Assembly: GCA_037447605.1 (NCBI GenBank)
Contig: CM074807.1
Coordinates: forward strand, 3,546,829 to 3,610,828
DNA: 64,000 bases
Source: Zygnema circumcarinatum SAG 698-1b
Taxonomy: Eukaryota > Plantae > Zygnematophyceae
Direction of reading: 5' to 3'
The notes beneath the pieces are model-generated. The model saw nothing but the letters and a program-made list of their open reading frames with translations. It was not told where the DNA came from and made no database searches. Position 1 is the stretch's first letter, and each line of letters begins with the position of its first letter. The position numbers were made by a program, and so were the translations under genes. Positions 23,601 through 36,272 of this stretch are shown in pieces.

Positions 23601-26600
23601 GAGGAGAATCTGCAGAGTACGAAAGACGCATGCACAGATAGAGGTGCAAAGTCTGACTTTGGAATAGGGCAGCTGTGCTTGGACGATGTTGTTCTCAACA
23701 TGTTTGCAGAAACTCAAGCCACGAGTGAGAATCTTAGACCGACTTCCAACTTTCTTCAAGCTCAGCAAGAGAGTACAGCAGACTTTCCTTTAAATCAGCA
23801 AAATCTCGAAATTGGAAAGAGTCATTTAACAGCGGATGCAATCAGCAAGCAGCAACTGATACCGTCAAGGAAATTAGAGGGAGGGAGTGCTGTGAGTGTT
23901 GGAGATCAAGGGGCATCTGCTGCTCCATCCACCCCCCTTCCCCTGTTTAATGAGAGCAGACAAAGACCTCATCCTCTGAAAGATTGGGGGCATCAAACCT
24001 TGTGTTTGGATATGAGAGATGGTGAGAGGATTGCCCACCAGACTCCGACAAACAGACCAAATAGCACGTTTGAAATCAAACAGGCGGAAGAGAGATGGCT
24101 TCATAATTCGACTGATGGTGAGGGATTAGCTGGAGAGAAAGGCGGGTGCAGAACAAGGGAAGATGAACACATTATAGATTTGGATGAGTTAGAGTCTTTG
24201 AATTCGGTCCCAAACGAAGACGAGCGATTGGCTTGTGAGGCTCATTCTGCTGAAGAAAACATCAAATCAGCCAACAGAGAAGTATCCAGAGAGAGCATTT
24301 CAGAAAGAGAGGTGTCTCAGACCTCTCTCAAAGTGAAGAAGCGGAAGGCAGTGGGAGAGGCCAACGACTCCAATGTGAGAAGGAGAGAAGGAGGGTGTGA
24401 AGGGCAAACCGAGAATACCTCTTCGGCTGAAAGGAGGCGAACCCATTTGACATCCATGTCTCCTGTTTCAGCAGGGAAAGCAAGCACTAGAAGGAGGAAA
24501 AACGAATACCGGCTAAATTCACCAAAAAGCATTGGGCAAACCCCCGGTAAAACATCTCAACATTTGCACGTGCGAGCGGCTGCAGGCAAGCAAGTCAATG
24601 CGGAGCAATTTCCTGCCTTGGGTGGCAGCTTAGGAAACATTGAAGTAGCAGGAGGGCTGTCGAATGGTGGAGTTGTTCGGAGGAGGACCATTCTATTGCG
24701 GCTCATAGAAGACGGAGTGCTGAAGGAGGGAGATGAGCTGCAGTATCGCCATCCTCATCACAGGCAAGTTTTGAAGGAGGGGGTCGCTACTGCGGAAGGA
24801 ATTCTATGTCGTTGCTGTGAGAGAAACTTTGGGGTGTCAGAATTTGAGAAGCATGCGGGCTTGAATATTCGCAAACCCTCGGCAAACATCTTCTGCTTGG
24901 ATGGACGAACCCTTTCGGAGTGTGCGGCAGGGTATGGGAGAGAGAGAAAGGGAAAGAAGCCGAGAGCAGGAGAGCAAGTGGCGGTGCAAGTAGGGGGAGG
25001 AGCAAATGGGTCGGTCAATGGGCAAGAAGACTACAGCGATGATCTTTGCCGCGTGTGTGGTGACTCGGGAGAGCTTATCTGCTGCGATGCATGTCCCAAA
25101 ACGTTCCATTTTCGGTGCATCGGAGTGGAGGTGAGTGATCAGTAATTGATAGTGGGAGCGGAGCACCGGAAATTCACTCTTGAAAGCAGTGAGAGGTGGT
25201 TTTTTGCACCTTGCACCTTGCACCTTGCACAGCTTTAGAATCAGCTGTGTTGGCCACCAAATGTAGGTCTACTTTTGCGTGATCTTTCAAGAAAGTAAGT
25301 AATATTGCGGTGCAATCTTTTGCTGCTACAGGAGGTGCCACCTGGCAATTGGTTTTGCCCAACTTGTCGCTGTGCTCTTTGTGGTGGGAGCGATTTTGAG
25401 CCCTCTGGAAACGGTTTTGAGCCCTCCTTCTGCGGAAAAACTGTCATGATATGTGACCAGTGTGAGCGCGAATGTGAGTGAGCAGTATAGTCCTTGGTTG
25501 CACTTTCTCGACTTTGTTTCAATTATTAATAAAAAAATCTCTGTGCTATGGTTTTGTACACTTAACTCTGTGTACATATGGTCTCTCTCAGAAAGTTGAT
25601 TTTTAAAAAGCTTTTGCTCCACTTTCTGCATGAGTTGGTATGTGTCACTGATATGTGAAGGAGATGTCTGTCTTGGGGACAGTTCATGTTGATTGTCTGG
25701 AGATGGCAGGTATTGCAACGCTGACTGAAGTTCCTAAAGGCAGTTGGTTTTGCAGCCCTAAATGTACAAAGGTGGGTTCCTTTTTCTTGAACCCCCCTTT
25801 CAAACGGGTGTAGGCAAGGCGATTAAATGTACATCTATCATGTTGAGTATTGCAACGCAACGACAAGAATAGGAAGATTTCATGCTCTTTATAGCTGTGA
25901 GAACTTGGTTGAAGGTCCCTTTGTCCCCCTACCTCTCTTCTCATGTGTACGAAGTGGCTGAGGGTTGCAGATGCATGAATGTCTCCGAGGGATGGTGGGA
26001 GAGATGTATCCCTTGGGAGAGGGCTACTCTTTGCAGATTTTGCGGTGCCCTGATAAGGACCGCGGTTCGAACCCCAAAGTGACAAAGGCAGCAGCAGCAG
26101 AGCAGGCAAAGAGACTAAAACTGGCACAGGCAGTAATGCAGGAATGTTTCAACCCCATGTATGACCAACGCACCCAAAAGGATCTCATTCCAATGATCTT
26201 CAACAATTCAGGGTGAGTACACTGACATCCGAAGTTAAATTTCATTATGGTAGTGAGTACATTTTTAGTCAGACCATGAGCTGTGCGTCGTGGTGGATGG
26301 AATTTCAGGGAGTATTCCGGCTTCTATACAATACTGCTGGAGAAGGAGGGCTGCATCACTTGCGTTGCGAACGTGAGGTGCGACACTTTTGACTTTCGTC
26401 CTCTCATGTTTGATTCAAACATGATAAACCCTTTTGATCATGCTCGGTTCAAGTAAGGGGGAAGCAAGAGGAGGCAAAGGTGGCCTGTTCTACAATGTTA
26501 TACATCGCTGCTTGAAAGTGAGAAGTGGAGCAAGTCAGAGTCTAGTGTGAAACTGCGAGAGAAGGGGGGGCGAGAGAGGGAGAGAGAGCTTGTGGGTGGT

Positions 26601-29600
26601 TAGCCTGTGACGTAGGAGGACGAAGAAGGAGCGGAGTAAGGAAGGGGGGGAAATTTGCACTAGTTTGTTCTTTTAAGCTGTTTGCTGGTTGGGGACTTCT
26701 TGTAGGATATTTGGGACACGTCTTGCAGAACTACCTCTGATTGCAACCCGATTTAAATTCCGAAGGCAGGGAATGTGTCGACGGTTGATGGCGGCGCTGG
26801 AAAAGGTGAAACCATGTACCAATTCTAGTTGGTGTACTGTAGTTGTAAAATTGCACCTTTCTCCATAAAATGTCGATTGTTTTGTTTGTTTGTTGTCCTT
26901 TCGAGAACAGTGAATGCTTGTCTGCTGTCCTCTTTTTTGACTTTGTGCTTTCATGCATGTATGGGTGCTGCAGATTCTTAGCCACTTAGGAGTGGCAGAA
27001 CTTGTTCTGCCTGCTGTGAAAGAAGCAAGGGACACGTGGAGGAATGCGTTTGGATTTGAAGATATCTGCGAAGAAGAAAGGCGACGATTGGCTGATTTTC
27101 GGATTTTGCCCTTTCCCGGCACACAAACTCTGAAGAAGAAGCTTGCTGGTGGAGGTAAGAAATGGAGATCTCCTTCTGAAAAAGTGTAAACTGAAACCTT
27201 CATTCTAGCAAAGAAATATAAAAAATAAATGAATTAATAAATGAATTGTATTGCCATATAACCAGCTAGTGTACATTTTGCTTAATTCGTCGTAAACTTT
27301 TCCTGTGTCGTTCTTTTACCGACAGGTGTGGTCGCAAAAGAGAATTTGACATCGCTTAACATGGCTGGTGAATTGGAAGCGAACAAGTGCCATAATCAAA
27401 GCAGCTTAGTTTCAAACTCTATCTCTTTGGTGACTTATGATACGCATAGTAAGCCTCACGGAAATGAGATTTGGGTCAACGGTTACAAGTGGAACGAGGG
27501 TATGTCAGGGGGAGGAGATGGTGATCTGTGTGATTTTGAAAAGCATAAGGCAAGCGACGATGAACTGATGGTGGAGGGGATGAAAGAGATGGGTTTCTTT
27601 GAGAATCATCGGTCCCATGGAGAGGAGCAGGACAAGGGAGAGAGGAGAATGGAGAGTGCAGGATGTAGAGATGGGGCAGTTCAAACGGAGACGAGTATAG
27701 GGGGGAGTGTCAACACTATGGCTAAGGATCAGGTTATTATCAATGAAAAGGGCCGGTCTGAATATCCACATATCATTCTTGTTCCTGTGATGGAATCTTC
27801 CCAATTTGTATCAATTGGAGAGGTAGTTGTGGAATTATTGGATGAAAAGGAGCCGTCAGTGGGAAAAGATAGGCAGGCATTTGGAAACCGAGAGAGCGAG
27901 GAGAACAGTAGAAAGTTGAGGAAAAGACAAAAGAAGGCAGGTAAATTGATGGGCAAGGGCGCACACAGATCCAATCAGAAGTCGGCCGTTCCGTTGTTGA
28001 AAATTTACAAAGGAAAGAAGAGAAAACGTGCGAGAATGGCAAAAAAACAGATCACAGTGAACGACTGGTCAGTCAGCAAAACCTCTGAAGTGGTTAAGCG
28101 GAGAAGGTTGGCAGCAGTAGACAGCCCAAAGGTGACTGTAGGCAGCAGGAGAGGAGAGGTAAAGGGTCCTTGGTTGAGAGAAGGAAGAGAGGGAGAGGAT
28201 GTTTGCAACAAGCTGAGCACTACATATGCACCTGTTACGGAGGTTTTGGCCTCTACAACTGTAAGAAGGGAGTGTGTTTATCAGAAGAAGCAAATGTTGG
28301 TGAGGATTGTGTATCCGAGACAATTTCCCACAGAGGAGTGCCAAAGGGAACAGTCTGCTAGGCAGAGTAGTAGGTTGGGTGGAGCAGACGGAGGTGAATC
28401 CAGTGGGAGAGGAGAGGGAGAGGTGGAAGGTGGTGGAGAAGATGACAGCGTCGTAGTGGGGTTAACGCGATCAAAACGAAAGGTGGGATTCACAATCCTT
28501 ATGCTGTACTGATCATATTGAAGCAGTAAGCTCATCCGGCAGGATGGATGGTTTGTCTTTATTTGGCTATGTCAGAAGTATGAGATGTCTCCAATTCTTT
28601 GTCAAAGCAAATCAGCATTACTCTTTGGATGCTCAACTCTACCTATTTCTCTATGAACTCGAGAGTAAAGTGGGTGGATTGATGTCTCTCTGACATGAGC
28701 CCATTGAGAATGCAGGTGAAGCAGTCACAGTGGGTCGCTGATTCTCTGAGAAAGATGCGGAAGGTCTGCACTGTAAAGGAGAAATCTCTATCTGCTCTTT
28801 CTTTTCCCATGCTGCCCTCTTCAGAACACCTTAAAGAGAGTAATGCTAAAGTCAAGGAGACTGAAGGGCACCTAAAGATCTCAGAATGCCCTCCTGAAAT
28901 TGTGGGAAGAAAGTTTGGAGTGGAGGGGAGTAGCATGGTTTCATTTTGTGCAGAGGAAGGAGAGAACATGGAGAGAGGGTTTGTACTGGGAACGGGGCTC
29001 GGACGGGGTAGGGGAAGAGGGGGAAGGAGGGGCAGGGGACGAGGAAGAGGAAGGGGAATGGGGAGCGGGAGGGGGAGAGGAATAGGGATAGGGAGAGGGA
29101 GAGGGAGAGGGAGAGGCAGGGGTCGGGCCGGAAAGAGTGTAGTGGTAGGAGGTGGACCTGAAACAAGATACGAAGAGCCGAAGGAGGACGAAAAAAGTCA
29201 CAATGACAGTGACCTTTTAATGAGTGTAGAGGAAACCAAGGAGGATTGTGGCAAACAGTTGGCGATTGTGCATGTGGTAGATAACGAAGATGATGTGCCC
29301 ATAGCTGATGCTTGCAGGCAACATATCGGTGAAGATAAATTGGGGTGTTCAATAGTAGAAGGCTGCAAAATGACTCACGTAGAGAACTGCGTTAAGTCGG
29401 ATCTGTCATACGGGTTAACAGCTACCATTCCTTCAACAGAGATTGTTCTCTATGAGCAAGGAGCGAGAGAGGAAGTGGGAGAGGTGAAGGCAGAGGAGGT
29501 GCATGTTGCAGCAGGGAGAGACGGAAGTGCTGAAGGACATAGTGCTGACTTGACGGAAGCTGATGAAGATCAGCACATCAAAACAGGAGATGCAGAATGT

Positions 29601-32063
29601 GAGCTGTTTGCAGAGGAGGGAAGAGAGGAGAGGAACCACGAGGACATGCAGGAGGGAGAAGAAGATGTTCTGGGAAATGCGGTTGAGAATTTGCACGTTC
29701 CCGATCTGTTTGCCGTCAAAAACGAAACGCAATTTTACTTCGCTGCAGACATCGAGGCTACAAGGAGAGAGGACTGCACAGTAATCCAACGAGAGATTGT
29801 GGTTGAATCGGATTTATTGGCAGCATCAAAAACTAATGCTTTTTCAACGGATATCGTAGTCTATAAACAGATTGTGAGTGAGGAAAAGCGAGAGGAGGAA
29901 GGGAGAGAACTCTGTGTTGTGGGAGAGGTGGTGCATGAGGGAGCTGAAAGGCAAACTGTGGTCTCACATAACGTTGAAGGGGATCAGTTGGAAGGAAGTG
30001 TTGAACAATATCAGCCTGCAGAGGAAGGGGAAAATGAGAGCAATCAAGAGCATTTGAAGAATGGGGAACAAGGTGCACCTGGAAATCAAGTTTTGAGTCT
30101 TGAGACTCCAAACCCTCCTACCGTTGAAAAGAAGCGGAGGCGAAGGAGAAAGTTTAACTTCACAACGGAGGGGCGTGTGACACGACTGAGAGCCAAAAGG
30201 GAGTCTGAATTCTTGAGAGAGGGAGGAATAGAGGAGAGCATGTTGGCTCTTGTAACGGGAGAGAAGTTGCAGTCTAACTTTGCAGAAAGTTCTTTCTCAG
30301 GAAAGAGGAAGAGGTCGAAGTCAGGAAAAGGCTTGAGTTTGGAAGTTGCACAGGAGAAACATGATTCTAATGGCTTGAATGTGGTAGAGGAGCGAAGAGA
30401 GACGAGAAACGTGGAATTTGTGAAGTCAGACCTTGAAATGCAAATGTATGCAGACGATTCCTTGGGCGAAACGCTGATGTGGGATGACCGCAGGATGAGT
30501 TCAAGAAGATGGGTGTTAGGGCTTGCAGAAGAAGAGGAAAGGGAAGTGGTTAGGGTTGACTGTTGTGACAGAGAGGGAGAGGAGCTGCTGCATAGGGAAG
30601 AGAATTGTGCCCGGACGGAGGGAGGGAGTGCTGTGGTGATGTGGAGGAGGAGAAAGGAGGCTGAAAGTCTGTTTCAAGCTGAGATGGGTTTTCAGTTTGA
30701 AGGTGAAGTTTGTGGAGAGCAATCGTTGGAAGGGCACATTGGGGAGAAGGTGGAGGTAATGTATTTAGAGGGATTCAAGCAAGCAAATGGAACGGACTTA
30801 GTTGGTTTTGGGACTGAACGTGAGAGTAGCTGGAGAGGGAAGGAAGATGAAGATGTGGGAAAAGGGCCAACTGAAGTGCAAAATAGGGCTGAGTGTGAGT
30901 GTAATGAAGGCGGGAAAACTTTCTATATGGAGGAGAAGTTGGAAAGAGCGGTAGTCTCGGAAGAGATGGAACAGCAAATAGAAAGGGGGAAGGAAGCGGA
31001 GAGGTCACAGGATGTTGGGAAAATGGGAGAGGGTCAGGCCATTGGGAGCGGTGAGACGGGCAGAGATCGAGTGAGAGGAGACAACCATATTGATGGTGAT
31101 ATGAATTGTATTGCTGTCGAAAACGACAGTATTAAGCCTTGTACTTATGATGAGAGTAAGGGCGATGCGGACGTGAAACAAGCCGAACAACCACCGATTT
31201 CGGAGGAGTTAGAACAGGAACACCAAAAAGCAGTGGAAGAGAGAGAGGGAGATGTATTGAAGTCAAGAGACTTCGAAATGCAATTGGCTACTGTGGAGGC
31301 CAAACGGGAGGAGTGCGAGAGGGTGGGAGTAGGGATACAGCAAAACGAAAATATGGACAGCAACTCGTCAACCGCGAGACGTCGAGACGATAGCGTGCAC
31401 TATGTGAGAAAGAAGTTTAAGAATAACAGTCGGGAGGTCTCTGATCGAGAAGATGAGAAGGCTCGTGAGAGGGGATATGTTGACCTGCCTATGGACTGTA
31501 TAGGACAAATTGAGCTCTCTAGACTGAGGCCAGAACGGGAGAGAGCAGGAGATGAAGCATGTGGAGAGACTGATGAAGCAAAGAAAGGGCAGGGTGAAGC
31601 AGCTGGTGGGTGCTGGGAGGGAGAGGTGGCTGGAGAGCAGGGAGTAGAGAGTGTTTTTGCTTGCAGGCAGGTCTTGACAGAAGGGGTTGATACGTTATTG
31701 AGCATGAGAGAAGTGAATGTCTTCGGTAGTGAGTTAGAGGAACTTGAAACCTGCATGTGGGTGGGATCTGAGATGGTCAGCGCCCTGGAGGTAGAGGTGT
31801 GGGGGGGATTAGAGAACAAGGGCGGCAATGCTGAGAGAGAAGAAGGAATTGGAAAGCAGACAGCAGGAGAGGCGCTGGGAGGGGCTGGCGACTCATTTGA
31901 ATGGGGAGGAGAGGCTATGGCAAAGGAAGAGTTGGATGATCCGTACTCTTTTGCAGTGAAGGAAGAGGATGATCCGTATTCTTGGCAGGGATTGAAAACA
32001 GGGAGCCATCCTCCGACTGTGAAGTTGATACGAAACGGAGTGATCGGTCAGCCGCTCTGCTGA
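20655..32063 (+). CDS. Very large chromatin protein: Agenet/Tudor + Tify-binding-like domain + PHD fingers + GNAT acetyltransferase (IDM1-like module), followed by a ~1,500-aa low-complexity acidic tail
   Basis: Exons 20655-20819, 21972-25130, 25332-25473, 25683-25771, 25971-26212, 26309-26377, 26706-26805, 26974-27154, 27326-28482, 28716-32063, all phase-consistent (~2,880 aa). Agenet LGVGEHVE|[12 protein letters not shown] and [12 protein letters not shown]; GILCRCC...SEFEKHAG; [27 protein letters not shown]; CDQCEREFHVDC; WFCSPKC; GFYTILLE; [22 protein letters not shown]; ELVLPAV. The join to the last exon is less certain than the rest. Confidence 0.85.
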
Positions 32064-33047
32064 AACAGCTCCTGCGTTTCACATGGTAAGTCTCGAACTT
32101 TTCCTCGAATTTGACTAACCAAAGGGGTGCACACGGTCGACCTGTACTTCAAAAATGTCACAGATAATCACTTCCGAATAAAAGCGCCCAAAAAACCCCT
32201 AGAAGCCCAAAAACATGCAACAAGATTGTTCTGTGTATGTGGGTACTGTTGGTTTTCAGATCAAAACTTGAGAAAAGCAATGTGGGGTTTTTTTCTTTCT
32301 TATGGCCCTGCTTTTGGATGGCGCTGCAGAGCACTTGCGGGGATCGGAAATTTTGATGCGCCAAGAGCGAAGGAAAGCGAGCATTGTACATAGTCTATTT
32401 GCTTTTGGGCTGCGGCTCGTTTGTCCCCTCATTGATCAATGCTCTTGGCCAGCCGCCCAACTTGATCATTCATCTTGCTCGAGAGCAATCAATTGAAAGA
32501 AAGAAAAAAAAACTTAAAAATCCTAAAACCCAGAAACGTGTATGAGGTAACCTACAAAAAGTTGTTCACGGACAAATCTTTTGTGGAATGTGCTGTGCTT
32601 CCGGGACCAGCTGTCAAATCAAATAGGTCAACTCTCAAGATTGCATTCTCCAAGCATTACTCATTACATGTTTGCTTTACGGGGGCACAGCTTTTTCACG
32701 TCTGCAAAAGGCCAAAGAATGATTCAGAGTTGCACAGTACGGTGGAGAAAAGGACTCCAAAGAACAGTCGCAGTTTTAGAGTTAATAACCTGACAAATGT
32801 GTGCCTGTTCAATGACCCGCTTTTTAAAATAAGCTAAATTTCATGTAGGTGGCCAATGACCACTAAAAAGAAAAGTCTCCTTTGACGACAGTAGGCACAA
32901 CTTTGCATCAGTGCTTGGCCCCGTCAAACCACTGAACTTGGGAAGCGGAGGGTGCGCTGCTGTAGCCTACATTAGAATACAAGAATGTCTACAGGAAGGT
33001 AAAGGAACTATACATCGATGGGAGGGATCATGCCGCGCTCCCATTGA

Positions 33048-34795
33048 TTAAACTGTCAATACATAAACACCAGAAACCATCTTCTCTGACACCTTCCACT
33101 TTTGAATGTGCATGGGGGCGATGCATGTCTGGCTCGAGAACTTCCCAACGCATGAATCCTTGATGGTGTCATTGAACACTTGCAAATAGGCAAACCTCGC
33201 TCTTGCTGCCGGAACTCCTGTACCGGGAGGCACAGGCACGGCGGTTTCCACCACATGAAGTTTTCCGTTCAGAGAAACCATGAAGTGATGGCAGGAGTCT
33301 CCCACATTTCCTTCTCCTGCAGCAAGCAAGGGGCTAAAATGCTTCCACAACTTTGCCTCCGGATCCCTTCTGAAGACACTGACTTGGTATCCGGAATCGT
33401 TCTGGTTACCACAAACTCCGTAGAGATGATGGTTGAGAACTGCCATTGCATGACATGTGTTCAGACTTCCCTCAGCGGGCCAAAACTTCTGAACGGGCTT
33501 CCACTTGTCCAGCTTCACGCTGTACAGAAGTGCCTCCCTTGGCCCACCTATTGAAGGCGTCTGAGGCACCACAAAGACGAGCCCATCTTTCTCAAGTGCA
33601 GCAGATGGGTAGAAGCTCCGAGAGGGCATGCTCGCAACTTCCTTCCAAACCCCTTTTGCAACATTCAACATCTCTACGCGAGTGTCCAGGAAGCCTCCAG
33701 TCACCAAAACCTCTTCCTTCCCCACGCAGACGGCAGCAAACCGTTTCCTTGAACAAGACATGCTCGGAAGTTGACGCCAGATGTGCTCCTCAAAATTGAA
33801 GGCCCACACTCGATTGCTATCAATCCTGTGATTATCTCTCCTCCAGATGAATGTTCCTCCCAGTACTATCAACCATTGCCTGATGCTAACAACCGCATAG
33901 TTAGTGAAGCTGGAAGGCGCTTCCGTCCCATTGTTCATATTGAGTCCTTCGCAGAGCAGAGAATATGATATTGGAGGCACAGTAGAGCCCATGCCAAGGC
34001 GAGGATCCCACACTTCAAATGAAAGGCTTCCAAGAGGGCCATCTCCTCGCGCCACGTGGAACTGCAAGCAGAGGAGCTCTTCCTGATGGCCTTCAGTTCT
34101 GCGAATGCGGGCCACCTCTTCGCCTGAGAAAACCTGCAACACAATGCAAAGAGTTATCAGAGTTTGGGCTTTGAGATTTTTATTTTAAAAAAACATGCTC
34201 AAGACTTGCAATAAAAAGCGCGATGAACAAGTTGTCCATAGCTACTTACTTGCTCCTGCAACTATGACTCTCCAAAACTCGACTACTTTATTTTTAATCT
34301 TTATTCATAACCAATTCATACTCCCTCCAACTTCTGAATCTCTCAATAGCGCTAGCGAACAGGGCAGCAAGCACCACATAAAAGTAAGAAGATACCAGCC
34401 TTCTCCGGCACACCAGCAAACCATTCCTTATCATCGCTTTCTTATGCCGGATAATCTCTCAAGACTCTCTCTCTCTCTCTGTCTCTCTCTCTCTCTCTCT
34501 TTCTCTCTCCCTCCTCCTCGGAAGGGGCAAGAGCAGCAGGAATCAGGGTACAGCAAGTCAATAACAAACCGAAAGCAAGATTCCAAATTTATTTCAACCA
34601 CAAGTCAGCAAACCATAACCATGAACGGAGCCTCTTTGGCGACCATACTTGGCGCCAGAGAGAGCAGACTGCTCGCAGAGGAGAGCGCCAAACGTAGGGG
34701 ATGCGCGCGAGGCAGAGCAGGGCGAGGTCGTCGGGCAGGCCGGGCAGAACAGCGCTGCAATCGCCGTCATGGCGGGGAGGAGACGAGGCCGCCAT
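33048..34795 (-). CDS. F-box/Kelch-repeat protein
   Basis: Exon 34795-34649 encodes a plant F-box (LPGLPDDLALLCLARIP...LRAVCSLWR). Exon 34133-33048 has Kelch repeats (LIVLGG, VWAFNF..HIWRQLPSM...R..FA, VLVTGG, WKEVASM). Confidence 0.9.
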
Positions 34796-35432
34796 GGCTG
34801 CTGCTTTCCAGGGCTACATCTTCATTGAATGATGCTCGGCTATAATGAGCAGGGGAGGAACCCGAGGAAGGCGTCAGGACCCTTAGAAGGGATTCATACT
34901 CAGTTTTTTTTTTTTTTTTTTTTTTAATCAGACCTAAATCCGTCTTGATTATCACTGGAAATCAGAGGCATAAACAGCACAGATTATTATTAGGTCAAAT
35001 CCGAAGCTCTGAAGCTATTAAGACTGCCTCCCCCTCCTGCTGCCTCGCCTCACTTGTGCACTCGAGCCCCATCGCATCGAATGATGCATTCAAGCTTTGA
35101 AGCCATCCCCACATCTTCACATCTTCACACCTTCGATGCAGCCCTCCCTCCCTCACTTCAGCTCGCAGTGCATGGCTGCAGGACTGCAGACCCAACTTTG
35201 CCATTTTCTCCAAACTTTGAGGTCCCAAAGCAGAGTTCATTCAGCTCTCGTGTCATGGCTCTTCCCTTCTTGTTCCTTGGGTCCTCTTGTGGGAGGTTGG
35301 GACCTCGTAGTTTCCCATGTTGTTGTTGAACATGTGCATGTTTCTTTCATGGCATTGTGATCACAAACTGAGCACAATTACAATGTTGTCAGAGGAAACG
35401 GAGGCAACGGAGGAATTGGGCGAGCTGGGTCG

Positions 35433-35790
35433 AGCAACCGTTGGCAATGGTTGGCTCGTCTGCCAACCAATGGTTGACACCATTGATTCAAACCATTGAA
35501 TTCAAATGGTCGCCAATCATTTTCATTGTTGGCTGGTCGCCCACAGATGGCCCCAGCCATTGGCAATTGTTGCCAATCATTGGCAATTGATGGTCTGATA
35601 AGAAATAATGACTCTCTAAGCAATGATTCGAATCATAGGCAGCGGTTGGAAGGGTTCAACCATTGTAACCAAAGGGTGCAACCATTGGCAATAGTTGGCT
35701 GGATCGCTAATCAATGGTTGCAACCATTGGCAATGGTGGTTTATTGATCCAATGGTTGATCGAATCGCCAACCAACGGTTGCAACAATTC
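35433..35790. repeat. CAACCATTG/CAATGGTTG degenerate repeat family (largest copy); other copies at 2680-2792, 13606-13735, 50652-50907
   Basis: Many copies of the motif in both orientations, often as CAACCATTG-GC-AATGGT / CAATGGTTG-CAACCATTG near-palindromes. Confidence 0.75.
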
Positions 35791-36212
35791 CAATGCTCAG
35801 TGCAACGTGGTTCTCTTCCCCATTGTAACGATAAGAGTATTTTTTTTTTTTTTTTCCCTTTAAAAAAAATAAAAAAGGGAGGTGTCATTCAGATGGGTTG
35901 TCCACAAACGAACACAAACAGAAATACTCCTTCCAAGAGCAGCATAACTCTTTTGTTTGCTCCTTCAAAAAGGAGCGCTGCCGAGCCACATTCAAAGACA
36001 TAGCTCCTATCTCTTCCTTCTCCCTCCCTCCTCACCCTTCACCATCCGCTGCCTCCTTCCTTCCATACTTCCAAGTGTCAAAAAATCTCCTTCCTTTCAA
36101 AATGGAATACACCCCCTTAAGTCTCACAAACCCTAAAACACTAAAAAAAATCATCTAGAGAGAGAGAGCGAGAGAGAGAGAGAGCGAGAGAGAGAGAGAG
36201 AGAGAGGGAGAG

Positions 36213-36264
<52 letters not shown>

Positions 36265-36272
36265 GTCTCCCT

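Noticed and set aside
28695-32063. 1122-aa ORF as a retroelement gag/pol or an independent gene
   Set aside because: No zinc knuckle, protease, RT or integrase motifs and no LTRs; it joins the upstream exon in frame. An independent gene is not fully excluded.
34195-34845. 216-aa plus-strand ORF
   Set aside because: It is antisense to the F-box/Kelch exon 1 and intron and includes a CT-repeat translation.
35433-35790. CRISPR-like interpretation of the palindromic CAACCATTG arrays
   Set aside because: Eukaryotic context, no constant-length repeat or spacer, and no cas genes.
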